Shown here in pieces: positions 12,101 to 25,035 of a stretch of DNA of 33,116 nt. Made by a program: the position numbers and the translations under genes. Below the pieces are notes generated by a model that worked only from the letters and a program-made list of their open reading frames with translations, was not told where the DNA came from and made no database searches. This DNA is from Reclinomonas americana ATCC 50394 (lineage: Eukaryota), in contig PS015026.1 in assembly GCA_048213135.1 (NCBI GenBank), positions 262,093 to 295,208 on the forward strand, read 5' to 3'. The first letter of the stretch is position 1; every line of letters starts with the position of its first letter.

Positions 12101-14058
12101 CTCGTGTTACTTGCAAATCACGCGATAGTTTCGTCGCCACCGGCTTTGCCACTCCTGGAGGAAGAGAGAAAGAGACTCATCATTCTTCTTGTCGACGACG
12201 CAGTTTGAGCACGTACTCGCGAGGCGGCAAGCGTCGACGACTCAAGTTTGGAGCCGAGGACTCGCTCTCGTCTTCGGTAAAACTGCCGTCGGTGAACAGT
12301 CGCGGCTCGAACTCGACCAGGAATCGCTCGAAGACCAATTCGCCGCCCAAGACACGCAGTCGACACAGCCGCGCGCACGATCATCGCGCCAACGACGGCT
12401 ACGGGGATGAGAACGTACACATTGTCGTGCAACAACGGGTACCTGAGGTACACGGGCACATGATGGAGGAGGAGGAAGTGATGGTGGTGGACGACGGACA
12501 GCACAATGCGGAGACGCGGCTGACGCGCTCGGCCAGCAAGTTGCGTCGTCACTCGGTCAATTCGTCTCAACGAGAACGAATGCTCACAACTGACCTCACA
12601 GAAGCGGCGGTACCGGTTCCTACTTGCTGTCGGCTTCGGAGGTGCCGTATCGAGTGTCGCATTCGACGTCCCCGACCAAGCGCGCAGCGCGCGGTGTGCC
12701 GCTGCACTCTCAGGCGGTGCGTACACGCTCTCTTTTTTCCACCTCTTTCGATTGCGGCATGTTTCTCACTCGTCTTTCCGTGAGCAGCGACATGAAGAGC
12801 TGTGGAAACGAAGGCTAGTGACCAATACCGAGGAGGACCAGCGGATGGCGTCGTCGCTGTTGCAGCTGGACGCGGTGTTGGAGTCGGTCGTTCGTTCGCA
12901 CACTCGCGTGCAGGTCGGTGTGCGTGGTCAGCTGCCGTTTGCGCTCCACGAGACACAGAAAGCACAGTGCGTAGTCTGTGTGGTATCTTGGATTTCTCTT
13001 GCCCAGCGATAGTTATTTGACTGTGTTGTGTGCGTACAGGCTGCGACGCGCCATTCATCGTGCACAATTCGATCCGCAAGGTGAGCACTCAACTCTGCGT
13101 CTTCGCCGGTACATGGTCACGTAAATCTCATCATTTTTTGTTGTCGTTGTTGCAGACCAAGACGAGGGCCCCTTCTTGCTGCCTCTAGCGAGGCAGTCGT
13201 CAAACTCGAAGCCGCCAACGTCGCCGGGTCGTGCCAAGCAGCAGAACCGACCAGGAGCTGTGTACGCCAACACCGTGCTGCCGCGCAAGTATCCGGTCGT
13301 CGGTGGTGGCGGCAAGGCCAAGTCGTCTCAGGCGTTGCCGGCCGCGCGAGGTGCGCCGCGTCGTGCGGCCACAGACGCCGCGATGCGAGTGCCACCGTTG
13401 CGACGAGTGGCCGGGTCTGTCGAAGACATGGACGGTGCGCACGTGTCACGTGTTCTTCACATGGTGCTGTCGCTGACCTACTCACGTGGATGGTTGGCGC
13501 GGTGCAGATGATCGCATCGATGGTGCGTCGGACATGGTGGAGAGCGACTTCGAGATCAAGACGGAGACGGATCCGACTGCGCCATCCACCAAGCCTGTGT
13601 CGCCCTCCAACTCGTTCCTGCAGGGCGACTTTGAGACCATTGACACTGAGCTTCGTGTGGACGAGGCGGCGGCAGTGGAGAGTCTCGGCGCCACCACCGC
13701 TCCACCTCCCAGACCAGCCGAAAACGCAGCTCGTCGTCGGCGCCGCGCCGATGGCAACGATGAGAGCGTCGGCGGCGGCGGAGACGACGAAAGTCTGCCG
13801 GCGCCTGCGTCCATTGGTTCTCCCAAACCGCGAACCGGTGGTGGGGCACGCACGCTATCCACGCTGCTGTCACCACAGCCGAAGACGGCGACGGCCCCAG
13901 TGTCGCCGGGCCACGATCCCACGCGCCAGATGACTGCGGCCGAGATTGCGGAGAACCGACTCCGATTATCGAGACTGGTGGAGGAGTTGCAGTTGGGCTC
14001 GCAGGGTGACGACGGCATTGATTTGGCGCACGTTGCGCAACCATTGCAGTGGAAATAG
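9187..14058 (+). CDS. Large uncharacterised protein: globular N-terminal domain, split CxxC...CxxC motif, long disordered C-terminus
   Basis: ATG 9187. Spliced exons give LFNLGRPQWWFFSS, GLLQEFV, VVWSPSLMVAERRTNIYRIDD..LYERVMTHDG, RMCLHFKIDTRDRLVFLYCTSLR, then WTCHAC and DTCDSCY. The apparent TAG at 12126-12128 is removed by an intron starting at 12128. Final stop at 14058; linking all downstream exons into one gene is inferred. Confidence 0.7.
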
Positions 14059-14126
14059 TGATAATTGAGAAGTAGGGAAAATGGAGAGTGATTGCTCTTG
14101 TTTGTTCGCAAGAAAGACAATTATGT

Positions 14127-16741
14127 TCATTCGCCACCGTCGTCGTTGAGAAGACTCGGAACCAGCGGCGGTGGGAACGACGCACGTATCTGTATCGCCA
14201 ACCCTTCCACCCACTGCGCCGAATGCGTCTCTAATGACCACAGCGCACGCTGTGCGTCTGTCTCCTGCGACAAGACTTGATCTGCGGGACCAGCACGGTA
14301 TTGAGTGCTCCCGCAGCAATCACTGCCGCACACACACAGAAGAGAGAAAACGCACCTCCCGCACTTGCCAGACGAGAGAGTGTGTTGTACAGGTCGCCGT
14401 GCTGCGAGTTTGACAGACGAGCGCGCAATGTGGCTACGTTGCTGAGGGCCGTCGTCATTCTCGTGCGTACCAAGTCGCCCTGGCGAGCTGCAGCGCCAGT
14501 GTGAGCGGTGAGCGGCGAGCGAGCAACAGAAGCGACAAGGTACGTCGCACGCACCAACAAATCGTGCAATCTCCGACGTTCGCGAACGCAACACATCGGC
14601 CACTTGCAGCAAGTCAATCACTGCACGCCGCACCGAAGTCACCTCGTCGCGAATCTCGTTTTCCCGCTGCAGTGGCAATCAGCGACATTGATGCCGATTG
14701 CTACTCCTTGCACAATACACACTCACCCTGGCGGACTGCTGCAGAGCCTCTTGAGCCTGCTCCCGACACCGGCGCTCTGCATCCTCCATGCTCTCAATCT
14801 GCGTCCGCACAGCATCGAGCCGTTCCTGCAACGTCGAGTTCAGACGCATGGTGTTCGCGGCATCATTCTCCAGTCGTGCCGTCTCATCTTCCAGCGCCAG
14901 CACACGCTGCTGTCGCGAGTTGTAGTGCACACTCAAGAGGTCGAGTCTGCACAGGAGTGATATTGCGTCAGGCCACTGGAAAACACTCGCAAAGGTAGAC
15001 ACGGAGCACTCAACTTTTTCTGCAACTCATTTCGCCTCCTTGAACGCTCTGCATGTTCGCGCGTCGCATCCTCCAAACCGCTCTCCTTCTTCACCAATTC
15101 CTCAAACGTGCGCATGTACCTGCACAAGGAAGTGTTGAGAAAGCACATTCGGCGTGGAGAGCACACACGCCATCTTCTTTTTTTGCACCGTTCCGACAGC
15201 AATCTCAGCCGCTCTTCCATGGCCACACCAGATGGCATATCACGCGACGATGGCGACGGTGACCGTTGCTGTGCAAAGCAGCCACAGATGAGAAGGCATT
15301 CACACGCAGCTGCACGAGGCACACGCACTGGACGAACTCTCGATCCTCGTGGTGACGGCGAGCGGCTGCTGCGCGGCGAAAGCGAGCGCATACCACGAGG
15401 TGATGGAGAGCGAGCGCTGCGTGGACTCTGACTGGTGGGCAATCCGAGCAACTCGAGAGCGTCGCTGTACGGCTTGACAGTGGCGCGCACTGTCATGTGG
15501 TCGGGAGAACCGCGGCCGCTTCCGCCAGTCGCCGGGATGCAGCTGACGACCACGCGCCGCGGAGATGTGCCGGGCGAGGGGTGAGAGCGACGTGGAGAGA
15601 CCCCATTGCGTGGCGACTGGGACGCAGATGATCGAGGGCCGCGCGGTGACGCAGCGTTTGAGGAGGACGCACTGGGCGATCTCGAACTGCGGCTGAACTG
15701 ATGGAGTGCACGAGATGTTTCCTTTCGTACAGCGCTGGAGGGAAGCGGACGTCAGAGTTGGACACGACACGACACGACAGGAGGATTGCAAGGAGGATCA
15801 ACGCACGGACTGAGTTCGGCCATGAGAAGCGGTGGTGTGCCCGGTGGATCCAGCGTCAGCGGAACTGAGCGCAGTGGCACAGGAGAGGTGCCGACACGGG
15901 AAACGATTTCGGCAACCGACATCTCTGCATGGCGATGTGGATCAGCTCAAAGACCGCACACTCTCGTTCTGTTGCAAGTGTATACAAACCAGCCGACGTG
16001 CGTTCGGGGCTGCGAACTTCAGCCATCGGTGGAATGGCTTGCACGTATGCAGACGGCGGTGAACTGTACAAAGGCACGGTGAGCAGGCGTCTACCAACAC
16101 TTCACGTGCAGTTGGGGTGCACACACAACTTGCTGTTGCTTGACGACGACGCCGGCGGAGGTGGTGCATTCGATGAGTGGCGCCGCTGCACAACAGTGGC
16201 GAGAGTGAGCGACGTTGGCGATGCACGCAGCCGCTCCTCTCGCGCCGGCGCGGATGGCTGCGCTTGCTGCTGAGGCGGCATATCGATGTATTCGCCATCG
16301 TCATCCTCCTCCTCATCATACGGTCTCTTTGTCTTGCAATTCTGCACAATGCACGGCTATGAATGCGGCGACACAAGCTGGAGAGGTTGTGGCGTAGCAA
16401 CACACACACACCAGTTGGTCCAACGGAGGTGGTGTCGGCACGCGGTCTGCGTGCTCTTCGAGGTAGGAGAGCGAGTGTTCCAGGTTCTGCTGACGCGACA
16501 TGGCGAACACCGATTGCAGATGCGAGTACTTGGCGGCGAGCTCAGCACGCAGCGGATCTACGGGGGAACACGGCACCGCCATTAGACTCACTACCACAAG
16601 CATGCACCCTTTGTGCAGGGAATAAACGCACCCGTTGGACTCGGCGACATGGTGTCGTCGGTGGGTGAGTGGTAGGAGGCCGAGGACGTCGGCGAACCGG
16701 CCTCGCCGAACCGCACCACCTCCAAATCGGCCAGCATCTGT

Positions 16742-16786
<45 letters not shown>

Positions 16787-18398
16787 TGTCACACACACAC
16801 GCACAGCGAAGAAACAAAGCACACATGGTGGAACCTGCAACGTGTCGGCTGCACCGCTGGCCACCGAGGACGGGATGCGAGAGGGACTGCACGGGAAAGG
16901 GGCAACTATTAGTGCATGCCAGGGAAACAAAGTAGACTCGACGTAGCGCAACGAGGGCGACCGTCGAGGGTTGGTGGGTGACACGCTGTCGCTGGGCGGT
17001 TGGCCCATCGACTCCTCGAGTAGCCGCAGCTCGGCGGCCAGACGTTGTGAGGTGGCAGAAGGCAGTGTTTGAGCTGGCGATGCCACGGTGGAGGCCGCGG
17101 CGGCGGTGACCGCGGCCGCCGAGGCCGCAGCCGCCGATGCCGCCACAGGCGGTGAGAAAGGGGCGCGCCGCAAAGGTACTGCCGTTGGCGAATTGAAGAC
17201 GAGAGAGGGTCCGGAGGCCATGGAAGGCGACACGGCTTCACCGTGGTTGCTGCTCTTGTTCGCATCCACCAAGTACACGACAGAGGCGTCGCCATCGCTG
17301 GTGTCGATCGGTGGCGGAGGGAGCGGTGGTNNNNNNNNNNNNNNNNNNNNNNNNNNNNNNNNNNNNNNNNNNNNNNNNNNNNNNNNNNNNNNNNNNNNNN
17401 NNNNNNNNNNNNNNNNNNNNNNNNNNNNNNNNNNNNNNNNNNNNNNNNNNNNNNNNNNNNNNNNNNNNNNNNNNNNNNNNNNNNNNNNNNNNNNNNNNNN
17501 NNNNNNNNNNNNNNNNNNNNNNNNNNNNNNNNNNNNNNNNNNNNNNNNNNNNNNNNNNNNNNNNNNNNNNNNNNNNNNNNNNNNNNNNNNNNNNNNNNNN
17601 NNNNNNNNNNNNNNNNNNNNNNNNNNNNNNNNNNNNNNNNNNNNNNNNNNNNNNNNNNNNNNNNNNNNNNNNNNNNNNNNNNNNNNNNNNNNNNNNNNNN
17701 NNNNNNNNNNNNNNNNNNNNNNNNNNNNNNNNNNNNNNNNNNNNNNNNNNNNNNNNNNNNNNNNNNNNNNNNNNNNNNNNNNNNNNNNNNNNNNNNNNNN
17801 NNNNNNNNNNNNNNNNNNNNNNNNNNNNNNNNNNNNNNNNNNNNNNNNNNNNNNNNNNNNNNNNNNNNNNNNNNNNNNNNNNNNNNNNNNNNNNNNNNNN
17901 NNNNNNNNNNNNNNNNNNNNNNNNNNNNNNNNNNNNNNNNNNNNNNNNNNNNNNNNNNNNNNNNNNNNNNNNNNNNNNNNNNNNNNNNNNNNNNNNNNNN
18001 NNNNNNNNNNNNNNNNNNNNNNNNNNNNNNNNNNNNNNNNNNNNNNNNNNNNNNNNNNNNNNNNNNNNNNNNNNNNNNNNNNNNNNNNNNNNNNNNNNTA
18101 TGAGAGAATGCATGCGAGTGTGTGTCTGTTTGTGTGCATGTTACCTCCTCTCCATCGGCATTGGTGGGTGAGAGGGGAATAGGCGCGCCTGGGCGACGCA
18201 GGCGCAGAGAGAGGAGCAGCTGAGGAGCACCAGAGGTGGCCGCACTCACTGGTGACATGCCATGCAACTGCACACACAGTGCACGAGTGCCAGTGAGAGA
18301 AAGAGCAGACAGTGCATGTGTGTGTAAGACAGAGAGACACACACCGCATCGACACCTCGCACTTCTGCCACGCGAATGGTGAAGCGCGTGGCGATCAT
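14127..18398 (-). CDS. Uncharacterised protein: Ser/Pro-rich middle, C-terminal coiled coil, possible C2-like N-terminus; spans an assembly gap
   Basis: Chain of spliceable exons from MIATRFTIRVAEVRGVDA (ATG 18398) through RSPSPR repeats and heptads (RVLALEDETARLENDAAN) to ...LLNDDGGE-stop at 14127. Continuity across gap 17331-18098 is assumed. Confidence 0.55.
16743..16783. repeat. (CA)n microsatellite in an intron
   Basis: About 20 perfect CA units, seen directly. Confidence 0.95.
17331..18098. other. Assembly gap
   Basis: Run of N. Confidence 1.
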
Positions 18399-18465
18399 GA
18401 GATATCGGAGAAGAGTGGGTTTTGTGACAATCTACTCGCGTTTTCCTCCGTGTTTCGTTGCCACA

Positions 18466-20130
18466 ATGGAGACAGGTGGATCACCCACATCGCCCACTTC
18501 GCGAGGGCGATTGTCTGTGGAAGATGGCTGGAAGGTCTCTCTCACACACGCACACGCTCTCTGTCTGTGTGTGTGTCTGTGTGTGTGTTTTGACATGCAG
18601 TTGGCGCAGGTTGTTCCTCGCGTTGATTCTCCTCCTGCTGCTGCTGGAGGTGAGTGTGTGTGTGTGTGTGTGTGTCGCGACAGAGAGAGTGTGTGTGTTT
18701 GCTTACACGCATGCGCAGGGAGTCCACCTGGCGCGGCCTCTGTCGGTCTGTGTGTCTCTCAGTCGCTCACATTGTGTCTTGTGTCGCTCACCACTGTCTG
18801 TGCACAGCTGCCTTCACCACACCATCACCGCGTGTGTCTCGTGCCACGTCACCTCGTTGCGTGGGCACGCACGCACTTGCTCTCTCTCTCTCACGCGCTC
18901 ATGCGCACGTTGCGTGCAGGGTCGAGAACCAGCAGCACATCGCCTCTTCGTGCGTCTCCTGGTGTGCAGTCAACTGTACGCAAACGTAGAGTTGTCTGAT
19001 CGCGTGTTGCAGGCGCACTTCCGCAGTCGCTGTACGACTCTGATGCGCAGTTGTGGACCGAGAAGAAGAAGCTGCAAGTGTTGTCGGAATGGTTCAATTT
19101 TGGCGAGACTGTGTGCTTCCCGATGTTGCTGCTGACTGCTGTTGCTCTCGCAGCTACAATGCACTGTGGGATCGCTCTGTGGAGGTCGAGAAGCGCTTGG
19201 CGGAGATGGATAAGCGCAACAGGAGCGTGGATCAGCAGGAGGCCGTCATTCAGCAGCGCATTGATCGTCTGGTGTCGTCGTTGCGGCAGCAGGAGTCGGT
19301 GTTTGAGCGGACCAAGACGGCGTATGCCAAGTCGGTGGTGTGTTGTTGTGTGTACGCGTGTCTCTCTTTTTTGTCGCGTGGCGGCTGAGCTGTGGCGACA
19401 GGCGGAGGCCGAGTTCAGCGCTCGTCTGCACGCCTGTTTGCAGGAGACGCTGTTGACGGAGGAGAGCCGGTTGACGGCGGCCACGCAACGGACGCAGGCG
19501 GTGGCGCGGCAGCTGGAAAGCGTGCAGCAACAGCAGGCCGCACAGCAGGAGCGAGAGCCGACGGTTAGCATCCAGCAGGCGGGACAGGTGGGCGCAACAC
19601 GTGTGTTTAGCGGCGGCTGTCAGAGAAGGGCAGTAGCTCACGTGTGTACAGATGCGCGTGCATGTGGCGTTGCGCGAGTGCGCGTCGGCTGCAGAATCCG
19701 ACTGCCTGCGATTGGCGAGGACTGCTGGTGCGTTCGATTTCGTTCGTCTCTACTTTCGCTCTTGCGTGTCTCATGTGGGCGCACAGACGACGCGCTGCAG
19801 GCGCTGTCCGGAACGCTGTCCGAGTGCTCGGCTCTCGCCTCCGCCGCTCGCTTCCGCGCCCAACAGCAACTGGACGCGGCGCAGTCGTTCGCCCACGTGG
19901 AGCTGCAGGCCACGAATGCCGCACGACTGGACGACCTGTGCGAGGCCATGGACCATTCGGAAACGGTTTGCGTCGGACGCAATGCGTGTACGTGTTTTTG
20001 ATTCTCATCATGTCTGCGTATACAGTCGCTGGAAGAGTGCGTGTCACGGATGCAGCATTTGTGTACACTCATCCAGGCGTGGGACGAGCGGTCGGCGTCG
20101 CTGCTGAGACTCTCCTCTGCCGCCACATGA
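18466..20130 (+). CDS. Uncharacterised coiled-coil protein
   Basis: ATG 18466 (METGGSPTSP); several short exons; heptads (VEVEKRLAEMDKRNRSVDQQE); last exon SLEECVSRMQ...LSSAAT-TGA at 20128-20130. Confidence 0.65.
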
Positions 20131-20254
20131 GCGAGTGTACCAATATTCGCTTGTTGGTCGAAGAAGATTCGCGTCGGTGTTGCAATTGGATTCAAAATCG
20201 CATCTCTTTGCTCTTTTCACTCACCCGTCGCGAGAGGAGAGGAGTGGTGAGAGA

Positions 20255-22402
20255 ATGACTTCACACGCAGTTCCGCTGACCATCGAAGGCCTCGAATCCA
20301 TTGCGCGATCGCACTGCCGACCCGCACACTCGCAGTGGACGATCGTCGGCAGAATCGGGTTCTCTCCGAAGACCGATGCTCCCTTGCTCACTCGCGATGG
20401 TCGCCGTGAGCGATTCGTCATCACGGTGAACGACAAGACGGTGAGTCACGCTGTGGTGGGCAGGCATGAATGCCGCGCGATCTGATGCGCAAGCATTGCA
20501 GGGCTCTGTGGAGGTACTCGCGTTTCAGAATGCGAGACAGCGTGGTCCAGCGTCGGAGCTGTTTACGCGAACGCATCGCGACCTCGTAGAGGGCACGCTG
20601 GTGCGAATCACTGGCGCATTCACTGGCGGACCGGCGAATAGGGCCCAGCTGCAGTACAATCCCGACTTCGGAACCTCGATTTACTTGCATGCGGCGTCCG
20701 ACGTGCAAGTGTTGGAGGTTTGTACGTGCCGACGACGATCCATCGAGTGGTGGCTGACGACACAACATGTACATGCAGCCGTCGGAGGTGCAAAAGTACG
20801 AGAAAGTGGCTGTCACTCATGAGGTGCACGAACCGCGAGTTCCACTCCGCTCGATTTGTCGGGCGCCCCTGGAGCAGCTCACAAAGCCGTCGATCGTGGC
20901 ATACGCCGGGGTCATCATCGACATGGACAAGGAAGGGGAGAAGCATGCACACCTGCGCAATGTCGTGATCGCAGAGCCTGACGAGCAGCTCAATGTCCGC
21001 ACTTGCGATGCCGACGCATTGCTGTCCGCAGCACGAAAAGTAAGTTCCTGATAATGCCAGCGCTGAGAGAAACTGTTGTTGGGCCCGGGAGCACTGACGC
21101 GCACGTGGAACTGTGTCGCAGGTGAGGCTGCTCGTGTGGGACCAGCCGTGGCCGTACAAGTTGGGAGACGTGATTTGTGTGTCTCGAGTCACGATTCACA
21201 CCGAGGGGTACGGTGCCACGGCGACGATCGACGTGCCCGAATCATCGCCGATTGCCGAGATTCCTCACGACGACGAACAGGCGGCCAAGTACACCTTGTG
21301 GTGGAACAGACTCTGCGAGACGTTTCCGCCGCCGCAGGAAGGGGGACTCGGCACACAAGTGCACATGCCGTACGACGTGGCAACGGTGTTTTCGATGATT
21401 CGCGATATCCGTCTCGGCGACGCGTCCGAGCCAGCGACGCCGACGGGCTCGCAGGATCACGACGACGTGCGTACAGTTGCAAGCGTCACCGCAGCCGCGC
21501 CGAGTTCGCCCAGTTCCACTGACATCGACATCCCACGCTCACACCACATTGTGAAGACTTCGAAGCGCATCAGCCTGCACCAGCTGCAGCGACTGGCGGC
21601 GGAGGAGATGACGCTGGCGGTGGCAAGGGAGAAGATTATTGCAGCTGGCAGCGGAGGAGTAGAAGCGCCACCGCTCTTTGCGGTCGCGGCCATTGTGGAC
21701 GTCACCAATATCACGTTTGTTCCGAGCTGCGAATTTTGCTCGCTGCCAGTGGAGGAACTAGCCAGCTCGCGTCCCCACAGCCACGTCCTGGACGATGCCG
21801 ACGAGAGCAGTATCGTTTACCACTGCAAGAGATGCAACAGGGACCAGCATTCGCCACCAGCAAGGTATGTGCTGGAAGAGGGCTCTTCTTGCTCGCAGAG
21901 TGTTCTCTCATATCGTGCAAAATGCAGAGTGATGCTGGACGCCCATTTGGAGGACGCATCCATCTCTCCCCGGCGCCAGATAGCACACTTGGATTGCGGC
22001 ATGACAGAGCACTTGTTCCGTGCCTGCTTTGCGCCTCGCGCCGGCACCACTGCCACCGAGCAATTCAACAATCTCGTGAGCGACAAGACACAGCAGGTCT
22101 GGCGCTCGATCGCGTGCGCATGCGCGGTGCGAGAGGTCGTTTCTGATCTCGATGTGTCGCAGAACGGGGGCGTGTTCTCGAGGGCCGTGCACGAACTGTG
22201 CAGTCCATTGCTGTACGGCCGCCGCTGGTTCAAATTCGGCTTTGCGTACCCGGCGGTGGCGCACGACATCTTGGACGATGCACGACACGAGCTGTGGCGG
22301 GTGACCAGCCTGGAGGAGTGCGACGTACCAGCGTGGACCAAGCCGGAGTACTTGTCCCGGTTGCAAGCGTTGGCGCCGGTTGACCATGGCCATGAGCGAT
22401 AA
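20255..22402 (+). CDS. Divergent RPA1 (RPA70)/MEIOB-family ssDNA-binding protein: three OB folds with a C4 zinc ribbon
   Basis: OB-A-like QWTIVGRI..KTD..ERFVITVNDKTGSVEVLAF; OB-B-like YAGVIID..RNVVIAE..VRLLVWD..EQAAKYTLWW; OB-C-like FVPSCEFC..YHCKRCNRD..RVMLDAHLED. Similarity judged from remembered RPA1/MEIOB motifs. Confidence 0.7.
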
Positions 22403-23081
22403 CAACGACGTGGTTCTCTATTATAACTGATTCGCCTCGACAACACAGCGAGGGATCGAATGAACTGAGCAAGAAACAAGCGATCGCTGATTTCCGATGA
22501 CGGAAATGCAATTCACGTCCGATCGCTCTGATGATCAGCAGCGATGTATGAGTAAGAGAATGCGCATGCGCGAATGTTGCTGCTGCATGCGATTGCAGAC
22601 TCGATCGTTGCGGCGCCTGTTTTCCCGTGGATCAATGCATCACTGTCTTTTCGCATTTCCGACGTGTTTCTCCGTGAACCGAAAGTTGCATTCTGCAGAC
22701 TGGAAACTCACACCCCACACCACGCACCTGCACGTCAGCAGTGCATGTTGATTCGTACGCGTGACAGTCGCGTCGAAATCCATCAATGCGTGTCCGGTTT
22801 CTTTGTTTTATTGCGCAAGCACAACAACACATCGACGGTCGTGGCGGTTCACGCCCGCGCTTCGTCGTGACCAAACTCATTCATCCTCGTGCAGGCTCGC
22901 TCTCAACCGCTCGCTCCCTTTGTCACTCACACACTGCACGAGCGCGCGTGCGCGTGCACCAGTGCATTGTCGTGAAATCGCTTGCTTCCTCCCCCCTCTC
23001 TCTTCCTTGCGCCCAGTGTTGCTGTGTGCATAAAACTAGACACGCGAGAGAGTGCGTGTGTGTGAGAGAGAGAGAGAGAGC

Positions 23082-23534
23082 ATGCGACCCTTGATTCATG
23101 CCATCCGCTTGCGATGGAATCGGTGTGCGCGCGCTTTTCTGTCTCTCTCTCGTTGTCTTGCTCACCGACTGCAGCACTCACTCTCTAACATAACAACAGT
23201 CGCCCACTGACGACTCTCTTCGCATTGTGTCTGACGACTGCAATGGCCACTGCGCTCATGCTGCTTCTCCTCTCGTCCTCCTCGAGTGGAGTTGCGCTGA
23301 TGGGTCCTGGCAGATCGACCTCGACGACTTCTCCTCTGTCGTCGTCGTCGTCTTCTGCCACTGCCTCTGTGACCCCGCGTGTGCCAGCTGCGTCCTCTTT
23401 GCTCATGTCATCGCATGTGGCCTCGCAATCGCCGGCTGCCTTTGCTGCAAAACCCGCCCTGACCGATCGTCTGCGTGATTTCGCTGCTGGTCTCCTACAG
23501 CCGCACATTTACTTGCCTCGAGGTTGGCGTTTTG

Positions 23535-23566
<32 letters not shown>

Positions 23567-24993
23567 TCCTTCTCGCAGTGCACTGCTTGTGCTTGGTCGC
23601 AGTGAGTCGCTGCGTGTTTGCGTGCGCACACCCTGACTCGATTCGAACTTTTGCAGTGCTGCTGCCGTATGAGACCCAGGAGCGACTTGGCGCTTTGTTG
23701 ACGCAGTTCGATGGACCTTTGCCGCGGCCGCTGCTGTTTACCGAGTTCTCTGGGGCCTTTACGGACTTTCTGGATAACTGGATGTGCTCGGTGCTCAAGT
23801 ACAAGGTGCACGAGTCGTTTGGCGTGGTGATTCTGGCGTGGAGTGCCGAGGCGGCCGAGCACGCCATGAAGTTGTATTCTGCGTCCGGTCGTATCGCCGT
23901 CTTTTACGATCCTACATGGTTTGCCCCTCCTCCCCGATGGCTTGTCGAGTCGGTGTGTCTTCTAACCACGTGGCACGCAGGTTCAACATGGATGAGGATG
24001 CCGCCAGTTTCAACACGCCCGTGTACAACCAGTCGCTTCGAGCCCGCGATCCGCTGTTCATGTATGCGGTTCGTCTCCTCGCTCTTGTCTCGCATCCTCG
24101 ACTCCCCGTTCACCTGTTGTTGCGCAGCTGAAGCGCGGACACCCCGTCATGCATGCCGACGCCGACACCACCTTCACCACGCCAATGAGCTTGTTCCCCG
24201 ACGTGCGACAGTGTGACATGGCGTTTGCGATCGACGACGAGTTCGGCTTTGGCGATCAACTGACTCACGAAGAGATCGACTTTTCGATGCGGAAGCCATG
24301 TTTCGTGCTCACTCTCTCGCTCTCTTGCATTGACTCGCGTGCCGTGCCTGACCAACAACGATGCAGATATGGTGAATGGCGGCTCGTGGTTTGCTGCACC
24401 GACCACACGCACCATCGAGTTCTTCGACTTGTGGATTCGTTTGAGTGGTCAGGCACCAATGGCCAACGACCAAGTGTCGCTGCGAGGTTGGTTCTTTTGT
24501 CCCCTTTTCCTGCTCTCTTCTGTTTCACTCGTCACTGACGCCGTGCACAGAGGCGCTGAAGCCTGCCAAGTATCGCGGAATGGCCGATCTGAGACCATTC
24601 GCCGACGGGCAGCAGCTGTACCGCGACCTGCAGGCCGACATGGACACGGTGGCTGGCGAGACCACCTTTCAGATGTGTTGTTTGCCCGCGCTGCAGTTTC
24701 CCAGTGGTGCGCTACAGAGAGGGCGCGAGCGACAACCACTGCTGTGTGCACGTCTGACTTTCGTCGCATGCACAGGTCACTTCCTCTTCCGCTTCACGGA
24801 ACAGTTCAATCAATTCGGCGGCCCGCAGGCCGCACTCCTTTACCACTTCAATTTTGTCAGATCGCACCAGGAGAAGCTCCAACGTGTTAAGGAGCTGTTC
24901 CCGGAGCAGTGGTTGTTGGAGTACGAGCCGCAGACGTGCAAGCGACTAATCGTCGAGTTGCATGCGGCGGCGAGAAAACAACATCGTAAGTGA
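23082..24993 (+). CDS. Nucleotide-diphospho-sugar transferase (GT77/PF03407-like), type II membrane protein, paralog A
   Basis: N-terminal hydrophobic anchor and Ser/Thr stem; DFLDNWMCS; DxD motif MHADAD; VNGGSWF; NDQ; LPALQFPSG; YHFNF..HQEKLQRVKE..WLL. Confidence 0.85.
23537..23568. repeat. (TTTC)n microsatellite in an intron of GT paralog A
   Basis: About 8 TTTC units, seen directly. Confidence 0.9.
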
Positions 24994-25035
24994 ACTTTAA
25001 TAGATACACAACCCTTCTTGTGCTCTCCCCCTTCG

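Noticed and set aside
2853-12128. Apparent in-frame stops (2853-2855, 12126-12128) suggesting a variant genetic code or readthrough
   Set aside because: Each lies within or is split by a GT-AG intron that restores the frame under the standard code.
16316-18355. Long ORFs spanning N gaps and many antisense ORFs in the track
   Set aside because: Artefacts of N translation and of GC-rich shadow frames opposite real exons.
3458-22402. SMC6 plus the RPA1-like gene as a DNA-repair cluster
   Set aside because: They are separated by about 11 kb and three unrelated genes; compatible with chance.
22528-22560. CTGATGA as a hammerhead core or snoRNA C box
   Set aside because: No correctly placed stem II plus GAAA, and no downstream CTGA D box at snoRNA distance.
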